A stretch of 64,000 nt of DNA from Patescibacteria group bacterium UBA5147 (GCA_002415345.1 DHXV01000001.1:332517-396516); one strand, 5' to 3'; numbered from the stretch's first letter, positions 10,157-18,869 are shown. Notes: a model not told the origin generated them from the sequence alone. Program-made: numbers and translations.

Positions 10157-12769
10157 TTATGAGGTAGGTGGCGGCGTGGTATTGCGCCCGATATTCTTCA
10201 ACCGGGCAGCCTCCTGCTTTGTCACCCAATTGCTAGCATCTGAATTGAGCTTGAGAGTACTGGTTGCGGGGTTATACTTGCGGCCCTGCATCAACTCATA
10301 GGCTACCCATGCCTTGGTTGTCGTCGATAGATTATCGAGCAAGGTAGCCGGTACGCCGGCTTCGCGGGCAAGCTCGTGGGTTATATCTGAGTCGCGGTGG
10401 AAGTCGGCTGTGAGAGCCTCATATTTATCGCGTCCCACTTGCGTTGCGGTGATGGCAGCCCGCTGGGATGCAAAGGCTCGGGCCATTTTGAGGCGGTGTT
10501 CAACCGGGGCCATGTTGCGACCCGTAACGTCAAATGCACCGGTAATTGAACGCTGAGGCAAGCTGGCTGCCACACGCTCGGCGCTTTCCCTGGACACGCG
10601 TTTTTCAAGTTCGGTGGCATCCGGCTCCTGGCCTTTGAGGATAACGCCCCAGTTGTCGGTGGAAAACTTGTCGCCCAGGGTGTTGGCGGTGGTCTTGCGG
10701 AGCTGCTTATCGATTGAGGTCCAATCCAGGTCGCCGCGTTCGCGCTTCATTACCAATTCAACTTCATTGCCGCTGGAGTCGATGACCTTCATGGGCTGTC
10801 CTGCCGCATCCTTAGGGGTATATTTATCTTTGGCTTCTGTCATGCGCATCGTGGAAAACGGGTTGGAGGAGCGACTCTTGCCGACTTCACTCATCAATGC
10901 GGCGTATTCGGACGCGGGATCGCGACTGACGCTCGTGGGGTTAGAGAGCCTACCGGCCTTTAAGACGTTGTTGACATCGTTGTCGGTTAGGAAACCCTTG
11001 TCGCTGAGGCGGCTGAGTATCGCCCGGCGTCCGGTTTGGTTGGAGCCTATTTGTGCCAGGTTGGGTACGGTACGGTTCAGATCGTCAATCCTTCCCCTAC
11101 GTTTGGCTGCGTCCGGTTCGGCGTAGGCGGCCAAAACATCTTGCATGTTCTTTGGGCTCTGAGCCTCGGTCAGGTCATCAAGTAATTTGCCGTCCGACTT
11201 TACCAGCTGTGCATTTCTCTTATCCAGTGCGCGCTTGCTGGTTGGCCCGCCTGCCAGCATGCCGCCGCCGAAGCCGACCATCGCCGCCCCGGCGACTCCG
11301 CGCTTTAATTTATTACCGCTCGAGAGTGAGGTTATCGGCTTTGAATTCATGAAGTTTTCCATATGCTGGTTCTTACGCTTTTTGCGCTCATCAACCCCGC
11401 GCTGCCAGAAATCGCTGCTCTTGAGGGCGCCTTTTCCGCGTTGGGCGTGGCCGTTCATCAGATCGTAGGCCCGGGTGAGGCCCTTTCCGGCTAGTTTGAA
11501 CGTCACAGGAATAATCAGGAAGGCCGCAATGACCACTATGGGTTTGATCAGGTTTCCGGCCATACCGGCGCCAACACTGTCGGCGGTTGAACTGCCAGCT
11601 GGCAGGATTGAGTTGACGAGGCCGGCCAGAGAAATTACGCCGACGATAATCGGATACATTAAGACGAGCCGAAATAACAGCTCCATCCAGTCCTTGGCCC
11701 AGTGGCGCGTGTTGGGCAGAACCCAGGCAACCATGGCCAAAGGTGAAACCACGATGAGAATGGCGATGAGCAGGAAGCGCAGGCCCAACACCAGGAAGAC
11801 GACCAGGAGCGAAATGGCCATGCTCGCCAGGAGCGGCGCGATTGCTACCCACGACGCGGCACCTAGAACAGCGCCAAGCGCCAGGGCGCCGGCCAGACCT
11901 ATTCCAACCAGGTTAGTCAGGACGTGGGCAAAGCTGGCGTCGCTTTGCGGCCCGGTAGCCGCTCTCAGCAGGTCTTCAATCCCCGCCCCCATGACGTTGC
12001 CGATATCCACCATGAACCCGACAAGCAGGAATGAAGCTTGGACTAAGATCGCCGCTACCACGAGCCGCGGCAGGACCTTTTTGATGGTGTATTGATCGAA
12101 GTAGCCGATATCCTGCTGGGTGATGGTCGCAAAAATAATAACCAGGAAAACCAGCAGGAACATAATCTCTGCCAGATTGACCATTTTGAGCCAGATATCG
12201 TATAGCTCGGGCGTGGACTGTTGATTGATGGCCTTCACCCGAAGGAGCGGTATCAGGACGCCGTTCGCGAGCTTAGTGATGGCGCCGGTAGCGTTGTCGA
12301 TGAACGGACACATGAGCCAGGACATGCTGCCCTGGTCGCACGAGGCGGCGGCCGCCTGCTGGTCGGCCGTGGTGGTACCGTCCGCTTTGGCCACGGCAAT
12401 AGCGAGGTCAAAGGCGGCACAGGATGCCTCGGACGGAACAGTCAGGTTCGCCAGGGTCGGATAAATCTTTTTGAAGTCGGCATTGCTGACGTCAAGGGAG
12501 ACTTTGGAGGTTTTTGCGGCCCCGCTGCATGTGTAGGAGACGTCGCCCGTGAAGGTCGCCGCGGAGGTAGCGGCGGTCTTCTTGAGGGTTCCGCTGACCT
12601 GGCCACTGCCCCCGGCTACCGTCACAGATTGGTTGGTATCGTCGGCCCAGGCGTATGTTTCCCCCGCCGCGTGCGCGGGCTGAGCTATCAAGGTCAGCGC
12701 GGCTATTGCGACTGCCGCCAAAAACGCGCGGCTAAAGTGTAGTTTTAAGATAGATATAAGGTAAAACAC
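10157..12769 (-). CDS. VirB6/TrbL-like polytopic membrane protein paralog (870 aa) with signal peptide, Cys-containing extracellular N-domain and about 420-aa hydrophilic C-terminal domain.
   Basis: TM core MFLLVFLVIIFAT...TIKKVLPRLVVAAILVQASFLLVGFMVDIGNVMGAGIEDLL closely parallels the 5621-8779 core. A shared pre-TM motif (SMSWLMCPFI versus SLTWLLCPVI) is present. Confidence 0.6.
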   Translation of the reverse strand: MFYLISILKLHFSRAFLAAVAIAALTLIAQPAHAAGETYAWADDTNQSVTVAGGSGQVSGTLKKTAATSAATFTGDVSYTCSGAAKTSKVSLDVSNADFKKIYPTLANLTVPSEASCAAFDLAIAVAKADGTTTADQQAAAASCDQGSMSWLMCPFIDNATGAITKLANGVLIPLLRVKAINQQSTPELYDIWLKMVNLAEIMFLLVFLVIIFATITQQDIGYFDQYTIKKVLPRLVVAAILVQASFLLVGFMVDIGNVMGAGIEDLLRAATGPQSDASFAHVLTNLVGIGLAGALALGAVLGAASWVAIAPLLASMAISLLVVFLVLGLRFLLIAILIVVSPLAMVAWVLPNTRHWAKDWMELLFRLVLMYPIIVGVISLAGLVNSILPAGSSTADSVGAGMAGNLIKPIVVIAAFLIIPVTFKLAGKGLTRAYDLMNGHAQRGKGALKSSDFWQRGVDERKKRKNQHMENFMNSKPITSLSSGNKLKRGVAGAAMVGFGGGMLAGGPTSKRALDKRNAQLVKSDGKLLDDLTEAQSPKNMQDVLAAYAEPDAAKRRGRIDDLNRTVPNLAQIGSNQTGRRAILSRLSDKGFLTDNDVNNVLKAGRLSNPTSVSRDPASEYAALMSEVGKSRSSNPFSTMRMTEAKDKYTPKDAAGQPMKVIDSSGNEVELVMKRERGDLDWTSIDKQLRKTTANTLGDKFSTDNWGVILKGQEPDATELEKRVSRESAERVAASLPQRSITGAFDVTGRNMAPVEHRLKMARAFASQRAAITATQVGRDKYEALTADFHRDSDITHELAREAGVPATLLDNLSTTTKAWVAYELMQGRKYNPATSTLKLNSDASNWVTKQEAARLKNIGRNTTPPPTS

Positions 12770-12814
12770 AATATACCAACGTAACAGGATTTGACTGTTT
12801 TGTCAAAAGCTGTT

Positions 12815-12843
12815 TTGACTTATTGTTTCCGCTTGGCTATGAT
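12815..12843 (+). promoter_or_regulatory. Promoter TTGACT-N17-TATGAT. The -10 ends 6 nt before the ATG at 12850, implying a leaderless or near-leaderless pilin transcript.
   Basis: Hexamers read directly. Divergent from the VirB6 paralog gene. Confidence 0.5.
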
Positions 12844-12849
12844 TTGGCC

Positions 12850-13281
12850 ATGAAGCGCATATTTCTCGCAATCTGGATAGCTCTCGTTTTGGCTGCCGCG
12901 GCAATGCCAGTCAGCTATGAGTTAACCAGCGGCCGAATGACAGTCGTCTCTTCTATGGCCCTCGCAGCATGTCCTGACGGTCAAGTTGAATTGAGTGTCA
13001 AAGTTAATAGCACCGATAGCGGATGCGTTAAGCCTGATCCTAATGGCGGGGTAATCATTACTTATCTCAAGACGATCTTGAAGTTCTTGAGCGGGGGCGT
13101 CGGCATTGTCATTTTGCTTATGCTCACCATAGCGGGCGTCCAATACATGACCGCTGTCGGCCAACCCGAGCAGGTGAAGGCTGCCAAGACCCGGATCCAG
13201 AACGCCCTCACCGGCTTGGTGCTGTTCCTTATTGCCTTCGCCGTCCTTAACTTAATCATCCCCGGGAGTATCTTCGGCTAA
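12850..13281 (+). CDS. VirB2/TrbC-like T4SS pilin paralog 1 (the ORF track starts at TTG 12823; the ATG at 12850 gives a clean signal peptide MKRIFLAIWIALVLAAAAMP).
   Basis: Signal peptide, a variable region with a Cys pair (AACPDG...DSGCVKPD), then two C-terminal hydrophobic helices separated by a short polar loop (VGQPEQVKAAKTR). Confidence 0.5.
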   Translation: MKRIFLAIWIALVLAAAAMPVSYELTSGRMTVVSSMALAACPDGQVELSVKVNSTDSGCVKPDPNGGVIITYLKTILKFLSGGVGIVILLMLTIAGVQYMTAVGQPEQVKAAKTRIQNALTGLVLFLIAFAVLNLIIPGSIFG

Positions 13282-13625
13282 TGTTTGCTTTAAGCTTCTT
13301 TAAACTGGCCGCCGCCTGCACGACGACCACCAAAGGCGGAATCGCTCCGGGGTTGTATGATAACTTGTGCTCGAACGGCACAGATATGTTTTCCAGCTTG
13401 ACTGACATCTGGATCGTCGTCGCCAACGTCATCCGTATCCTGGTGGCGCTCGGCGGGGCGCTGGCGGTTATTTTCATCATCGTCGGCGGCCTGTTCTACG
13501 TCGTATCATCGGGAGATCCCGGCCGCATCAAGCGGGCCAAGGACATACTCAAGGAATCGATTATCGGTCTGATTATTACATTGATAGCGTATTCGGCTAT
13601 AACGTTTATAGCGGCGCAGTTTTAG
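13281..13625 (+). CDS. VirB2/TrbC-like pilin paralog 2.
   Basis: TAATG overlap with paralog 1. N-terminal region has a Cys pair, followed by IIVGGLFYVVSSGDPGRIKRAKDILKESIIGLIITLIAYSAITFIAAQF. Confidence 0.5.
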   Translation: MFALSFFKLAAACTTTTKGGIAPGLYDNLCSNGTDMFSSLTDIWIVVANVIRILVALGGALAVIFIIVGGLFYVVSSGDPGRIKRAKDILKESIIGLIITLIAYSAITFIAAQF

Positions 13626-13627
13626 CG

Positions 13628-13936
13628 ATGATGAACTTACAGCACCTTTATTCCGTCGTCGCCCCCATTTCGGTTAAGGCCGATGAAATCGGGCTTCCTC
13701 ACTCCACAGAAACCGTCGGCGGGGCACTGAACGTCGCTGTAAAAATCCTGATCTTCCTGATCGGGATGCTGTCGGTGGTAATGATTATCGTCGGCGGAAT
13801 TAAGATTGTCGTTTCAAATGGCGACCCGGGTCGGTATAAATCGGGACGGGACACCATAACCTACGCTATAGTTGGTCTGATTCTATCCTTGGTAGCCTAC
13901 TCGATAGTAATTTTCATCGCCAGTAACGTTAAATAG
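13628..13936 (+). CDS. VirB2/TrbC-like pilin paralog 3.
   Basis: MIIVGGIKIVVSNGDPGRYKSGRDTITYAIVGLILSLVAYSIVIFIASNVK. No Cys pair and a weak N-terminal hydrophobic region. Confidence 0.45.
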   Translation: MMNLQHLYSVVAPISVKADEIGLPHSTETVGGALNVAVKILIFLIGMLSVVMIIVGGIKIVVSNGDPGRYKSGRDTITYAIVGLILSLVAYSIVIFIASNVK

Positions 13937-13947
13937 AAGGATTCATC

Positions 13948-14256
13948 ATGCCTGCCACTTTTTTGGCCAATGCCAGCGACATTATTAAACAATCAGCGGA
14001 TCTGGCATGTAAGACCGACTGTAACACCAGGGGCCTCCCGCTCATCATCCAGTCGGTAACTACTGCACTCCTGGGAGTCATCGGGGCGCTGGCGGTAATC
14101 ATGATTATCGTCGGCGGTCTTCGGTATGTCACCTCCGGAGGCGACCCGAAGAAAACGGCCGATGCTAAAAATACCATAATGTACTCTATCGCCGGCGTCG
14201 TGGTGGCGATTATGGCTTATGCGATAGTGAAGTTTATCATCGCCTCGGTAAAATAG
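13948..14256 (+). CDS. VirB2/TrbC-like pilin paralog 4.
   Basis: RBS AAGGAT. Cys pair CKTDC, followed by IMIIVGGLRYVTSGGDPKKTADAKNTIMYSIAGVVVAIMAYAIVKFIIASVK. Confidence 0.5.
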   Translation: MPATFLANASDIIKQSADLACKTDCNTRGLPLIIQSVTTALLGVIGALAVIMIIVGGLRYVTSGGDPKKTADAKNTIMYSIAGVVVAIMAYAIVKFIIASVK

Positions 14257-14334
14257 CGCTCCGTTGCCATACCTCAAACGGTATGGTAATCTCAGCGTAA
14301 GTTATTCAACAAAAATAAGGAGTCATATACTCAG

Positions 14335-14754
14335 ATGAGAATCGCAATCCTCGGCAAGAAAATTGCCTTAACCATGCAGGCAGTCGCCATCGGCCTGGGC
14401 TTTAGCGCCTTCAGCCTGGCTGCCGTAACAGTTGTCCCGTCAACTGCCCTAGCCGCAGACTGTTCCACTCTCAATATTTCAAACGGAGCCGACTGTGCCG
14501 CCCCGACTGGTGCCAAACCCACATTGTTCGGTGAAGGCAGCATCTTCAACACCGTTGCCAACACCCTGATCTTCCTGGTCGGCGCCATTGCCGTCCTGTT
14601 CCTGATTATCGGCGGTCTCCGCTACGTCGTATCCAACGGCGAGGCCAAGAACGTTGAAGCAGCCAAGAACACCATTCTCTATGCCATCATCGGTATCGTC
14701 GTGGCGATCCTGGCCTATGCGGCCGTCAAGTTCGTCATCACGTCCCTGGCCTAG
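14335..14754 (+). CDS. VirB2/TrbC-like pilin paralog 5 (clear signal peptide).
   Basis: RBS AAGGAG. Cys pair CSTLNISNGADC, followed by FLIIGGLRYVVSNGEAKNVEAAKNTILYAIIGIVVAILAYAAVKFVITSLA. Confidence 0.5.
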   Translation: MRIAILGKKIALTMQAVAIGLGFSAFSLAAVTVVPSTALAADCSTLNISNGADCAAPTGAKPTLFGEGSIFNTVANTLIFLVGAIAVLFLIIGGLRYVVSNGEAKNVEAAKNTILYAIIGIVVAILAYAAVKFVITSLA

Positions 14755-14862
14755 TCCCGACTCAAATAAATAGGCTCAACCAAGCCGCAAAGAGCGCCTC
14801 CCAGGAGGCGCTCTTTAGTTGCTTGTGACTTCCATGAATCGGATTAACCAATCCGCTGGCAA

Positions 14863-14897
14863 TAAAAAATAGCCCCTATCGGCAGGGGCTATTTTTT
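14863..14897. terminator. Bidirectional rho-independent terminator (AAAAAAT-AGCCCCTATCGGCAGGGGCT-ATTTTTT) between the pilin array and hsp20.
   Basis: Perfect 8-bp stem flanked by an A-run and a T-run. Confidence 0.8.
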
Positions 14898-14929
14898 AGA
14901 TTTGCATTAGGCCCGAACGGTGGTCGTAA

Positions 14930-15373
14930 CTAGACGACCGGCTTGACCTTGATCTTCTTGACCTTGTCCTGAGCAACCTTGGGGATGCTGATGGTGAGGA
15001 CGCCGTCCTTGAGGCTGGCGGCAGCCTTCTCGGCGATGGTTGAGGTGGGCAGGATGACGCTGCGGCTGAATGAGCCCCAGTAGCATTCCTGGACGTAGTA
15101 GTGCTCGCGGTCGACTTCTTTGTCTTCGATACGCTCACCGCGGATGGTGACGACGTCTTCGGCGACTTCGATATCAATCTTGTCCGGAGTCACGCCGGCG
15201 ATAGGCGCCTTGATGATGACGTTCTCTTTGGTCTGGTAAACGTCGACGGCCAGCTGGCCTTCTTCGGCTTCGGCCATCCAATCCTCTTCGCCTTCAATGG
15301 GCGTATCGAGGAAATCGTCCTGCAGGACGTTGTTGTCTTCTTCTAACTGGGGAGCGTTTTTTTTGCCCGACAT
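14930..15373 (-). CDS. Small heat-shock protein, Hsp20/alpha-crystallin family.
   Basis: Alpha-crystallin domain pattern (VDVYQTKENVIIKAPIAGV...LKDGVLTISIPKV). Confidence 0.85.
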   Translation of the reverse strand: MSGKKNAPQLEEDNNVLQDDFLDTPIEGEEDWMAEAEEGQLAVDVYQTKENVIIKAPIAGVTPDKIDIEVAEDVVTIRGERIEDKEVDREHYYVQECYWGSFSRSVILPTSTIAEKAAASLKDGVLTISIPKVAQDKVKKIKVKPVV

Positions 15374-15517
15374 TGCTTGGTGATCTCCACATTAATAACT
15401 AAGGACGAAGTCTTGAACGGCTTCGGATTTTTTGCCCACACTTTTTGTCATTTGCATTTATGAGCGTGTTTTACCTATTATAGTCAAATCTTCAGCTAGA
15501 ACGCAAGGAACCGCTTC

Positions 15518-16180
15518 ATGCTCGTACAAAAACTCATCGAACTGCTGGCTCCGGCATACTGCGTCGGCTGCACTAAAGAGGGTGATTGGCTCTGCCGTAA
15601 CTGCCAGACCGCCAGCGTAATCGTGCCGGCCCCAGCCTGCTACCGGTGTGAAAAGCTGACATTGAACGGCGACACCTGCACCGGCTGCCGCGAGGTCGGC
15701 GGGCTGACGCGGGTTACCTCGGCCGCGGTTTATGGCGGGCCGGTGAAGGAACTGATCCGCGTCCTAAAATTCAAGCGTGGACGGTCGGCGGCGGGTGTGG
15801 CTGCCAGGTTAATTTTACAACACCTGCCCGCGGTCGCTGACTTCGACCTGGTTACGGCCGTACCGATTTCGCCGTCGCGCTACCGGGAGCGCGGCTATAA
15901 CCAGAGTGAACTCATTGCTAAAATTATCGCCAGTCAGGTTGGCGTGCCTTATCGTTCTGCGCTCATGCGTTCGACCTCAGTTCACCAGATCGGCCGCAGC
16001 CGCAGTGAGCGGCTGGCCGCCATCCGTGGCAGCTTCCAGGCGATCCGCCCGGTGGACGGCCGACGAATCCTCGTCATCGACGACGTACTGACCACAGGAG
16101 CCACCCTGGCCGAATGTGCGGCCGTACTGTCGGCCGCCGGCGCCAGCAGCGTCCAGGGAGCCACAGTGGCCCGCCGCTAG
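15518..16180 (+). CDS. comF: ComF family protein (phosphoribosyltransferase-type, ComFC-like).
   Basis: N-terminal 4-Cys zinc finger (CVGC...CRNC...CYRC...CTGC) and a PRTase motif ILVIDDVLTTGATL. Confidence 0.75.
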   Translation: MLVQKLIELLAPAYCVGCTKEGDWLCRNCQTASVIVPAPACYRCEKLTLNGDTCTGCREVGGLTRVTSAAVYGGPVKELIRVLKFKRGRSAAGVAARLILQHLPAVADFDLVTAVPISPSRYRERGYNQSELIAKIIASQVGVPYRSALMRSTSVHQIGRSRSERLAAIRGSFQAIRPVDGRRILVIDDVLTTGATLAECAAVLSAAGASSVQGATVARR

Positions 16181-16232
16181 GTCTTGAGTCCCCGCCCCGC
16201 TCGCGGTATCATGTGTGAGTTCGACAAGGCAA

Positions 16233-16325
16233 GGAGAGGTACCCAAGTGGCTGAAGGGGCGGGTTTGCTAAACCTGTAGGGGGAAGTAATTCCCCGCGAG
16301 AGTTCGAATCTCTCTCTCTCCGCCA
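16233..16325 (+). tRNA. tRNA-Ser (anticodon GCT), class II long variable arm, CCA encoded.
   Basis: Hand-folded cloverleaf. T-arm GGTTCGAATCC. Anticodon loop TTGCTAA. Confidence 0.8.
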
Positions 16326-16327
16326 AG

Positions 16328-16360
16328 AAAAAGACCCGGTTTGTAGCCGGGTCTTTTTCT
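16328..16360. terminator. Bidirectional terminator (AAAAA-GACCCGGTTTGTAGCCGGGTC-TTTTTCTT) shared by the tRNA-Ser and the convergent 16369-18849 gene.
   Basis: 8-bp stem plus T-run. Confidence 0.8.
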
Positions 16361-16368
16361 TGGCTTAA

Positions 16369-18849
16369 TTAGTTGTCGTAAACAATCCCGGCCACTCTTT
16401 GGTCTTTTGAATCGATTTGGTCGGAACGGAAAGTAACGTTACCGTCCGGCTCAATAATAAAGGCGCCCTTCGTGGCAAACGGCGACCCCGCTACCGACAA
16501 GTTGTGCTCCTGGCTAAGTGTCTCGGCGATATTGCGCCCTCCCTTTGGTGTTCCGGCCGTGGAGCAGGCCTGGAGGATGACCCGGAAATTCGGTCCGAGA
16601 TGGCGGGTATAGTCGTTAGCCCGACCATGAATCTTAGCGCGTTTGGTATCCAGGTCGATAAAATCAGCAACATCTATCCCCTCATTAACGTCGTTCCTGC
16701 TCCCCAGCAGGAGGCCGTCCGGATTTGCATGGCCGTGGATGATAAGGTTTTTAACCGTGCCTTCTTTGAGCGGATCGCGGCCGTTGGCTCGGTCGCGGCT
16801 CCCAATCGCCACTAGGTCTTTGGCGAGCGAAGTCGAGTCACCTGCCTCAAAGTAAACCGCTGAGGAGCCGATTTGGCTGGTGAAATCCGAACCGACATCC
16901 TTAACCGCTCCGTTCCAGTCTGACTGTGCAGCAATAATCACATTTTCGTAAGTTGCGGAGCCGTCGTCCCAGCTGGCGAGTTGATTATGGAGTTGGCCAG
17001 GCCTGTAGCGGCGGAAGTTGCGTATGCCAAAAGTGTTTATGACCGAATTGAGCTCATTGGCCCCATAGCTGTCGGCGTAGTCGGTGAAAGCTTCGACTTG
17101 GCTCGCGATCATTTCGCACTGGTTTTTTTCTACGCTCATCAGCTCGCCCGAGCTTACTTCGGGCTTTGCGCCTGAATTGAAGCGCAACATAGAGAATGCC
17201 GAGAATTCGGTCCAGGTATCGAACATCTCCCGCGCGGCCTCATCGGTTAGGCCGGATTGGTCGAACTCGGCTGCCAGGGTCGGCATATCCTCAAACCTGG
17301 GCCTCAGCGCGCGGTCCGCTGAGCTGGCCAACCCGGATGCGGCTACAGGAACTAAACCGCGCTCAAAGGCCTTGGCGTATTCGCTGTTGATCTTCCAGTT
17401 GGTGCAGAATCTTTCAACCTTGGCGTCGAGCTGCTCGCTGTCGTGATGGGCTTCAACCAGGCTCTTGAGGGAGAGGAACGATTTACTATCGATGGAACCG
17501 GAATTTATATCCTGGGCAGACAGGCTACGGGCAGTTTCAATGAAGGCGTTGGCGGTTGCCTGCGGTTCCGGGCCGGTAGCCAAGGCGTCGACAAACATGT
17601 TTTTTAACTGGGGTGAGGCGTCCGCCAGAAGCGGCTTCGCTACCAGCAGGGCCTTGGCAACCTCAAGTGGCTGATTGCCTCTGATGACGCGGTCGGCAAA
17701 ATCGGGGCTGCCATCAAAATCAGTGCCGACGATGTCCAAACCCTGCCGGATGACGTCGCAGGTTCGCGTTGGCTCTGCCTCATCACGGACGCGTCGGGCA
17801 ATCAAATCCAGGTACGGCGTAGCCTGCGGGTCCGCAGCCGCATCTTTGAGGGCGATAGCGAAACCGGGACTGAACTCGATAAGATCAGTGGGGTATTTAT
17901 CGCAAAGCGCTGCAAACTGCCTGATAGTCTGCGCGTTCGGTTCGCCGAAGATCGCTTCGCTGGCGCGGAGGGCGACCACAGGATCAGCAAACGGGGCCAC
18001 GCTCTTAATGGCGTTTTGACGCGCTGCCGATGACGGGTTATCCGGTTCAATCGTTGCCAGGGCTTCGGCAGCCAGTCGGGCTGAGTCGAGGTAGATCTTG
18101 CGATCGGCCGGGTCCTTGAGCTTGGTCGCGTTGGGAACAAATTCCCCGGCGTAGTTACCTAAGCCGCGGTCAACAACCCCGCTAATCAATTCCATTCGTA
18201 CGGCAATATCGCCCTCAAAGTTTGAAGCTTCACGCTTGGCTGCATCCGGGTAGGCAGGCAATTCTTGCCAGATTTTCTGCGGGACGGTCGAGGCTGAATC
18301 CGGCGAACCCGCAGTTTCGATTAAGATATTGGCGCTTTGAGCATCCAGACCGTTACCGGTGATTGTCGTAAAGAGCTCGCGGTGTTTTTCTTCGCTGAGG
18401 CGGGCAATTGTAGTCCTTACCCGCTCAGCTTCTTCCGGTTCAAGGGACGCGTTGGTCAGTGGAAATTCGATTACTTTAGCTTCGCTAGGGGAGGCAGACA
18501 CCAAACCCTTGGCGGCTTCAATCTGGCCTTGTCTTACAAGGAGAATCAAGGTGGTGTCGAGTTTATACTTGGCTCCGTCGTTGTCTCGGTAAGGACTCCC
18601 CACCTCTCTGGTAGTACAGAGCGCGGCCAGATGGGTCTTCGCAGCCTCAGGATTCGCCGCGATAGCTTCGATAATTGCTGTCGACAGGTCTTCCGGGGTG
18701 GCGGATTCGCGCAGGCCGGCGATACTTGATTCAAGGCTTTCGGCAGCCTTTTGTTGCTCTTGGATTGCTAACAGATTTTGGGCCAATTCAGCACCAGATA
18801 AGGAAGGGGCTTCTTGATTGGTGGGTAACGGCTCTGCTTCAGTGTTCAT
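16369..18849 (-). CDS. Large (about 826 aa) protein with a helical/repeat N-terminal region and a C-terminal caspase-like (CHAT / clan CD peptidase) domain.
   Basis: C-terminal candidate dyad: His in LIIHGHANPDG and Cys in RVILQACSTAG (compare the caspase QACRG motif). The track start at 18897 falls inside the tRNA at 18870-18955, so the Met17 start at 18849 is used. Confidence 0.45.
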   Translation of the reverse strand: MNTEAEPLPTNQEAPSLSGAELAQNLLAIQEQQKAAESLESSIAGLRESATPEDLSTAIIEAIAANPEAAKTHLAALCTTREVGSPYRDNDGAKYKLDTTLILLVRQGQIEAAKGLVSASPSEAKVIEFPLTNASLEPEEAERVRTTIARLSEEKHRELFTTITGNGLDAQSANILIETAGSPDSASTVPQKIWQELPAYPDAAKREASNFEGDIAVRMELISGVVDRGLGNYAGEFVPNATKLKDPADRKIYLDSARLAAEALATIEPDNPSSAARQNAIKSVAPFADPVVALRASEAIFGEPNAQTIRQFAALCDKYPTDLIEFSPGFAIALKDAAADPQATPYLDLIARRVRDEAEPTRTCDVIRQGLDIVGTDFDGSPDFADRVIRGNQPLEVAKALLVAKPLLADASPQLKNMFVDALATGPEPQATANAFIETARSLSAQDINSGSIDSKSFLSLKSLVEAHHDSEQLDAKVERFCTNWKINSEYAKAFERGLVPVAASGLASSADRALRPRFEDMPTLAAEFDQSGLTDEAAREMFDTWTEFSAFSMLRFNSGAKPEVSSGELMSVEKNQCEMIASQVEAFTDYADSYGANELNSVINTFGIRNFRRYRPGQLHNQLASWDDGSATYENVIIAAQSDWNGAVKDVGSDFTSQIGSSAVYFEAGDSTSLAKDLVAIGSRDRANGRDPLKEGTVKNLIIHGHANPDGLLLGSRNDVNEGIDVADFIDLDTKRAKIHGRANDYTRHLGPNFRVILQACSTAGTPKGGRNIAETLSQEHNLSVAGSPFATKGAFIIEPDGNVTFRSDQIDSKDQRVAGIVYDN

Positions 18850-18869
18850 AACGGTAGTATAGCGATTTT

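Noticed and set aside
15440-15480. Single half-site-like sequence ATTATAGTCAAAT in the hsp20/comF divergent region, similar to the TATAGTCCA operator half.
   Set aside because: Only one degenerate half-site with no partner at 1-nt spacing; likely a chance promoter-like TTGACTATAAT.
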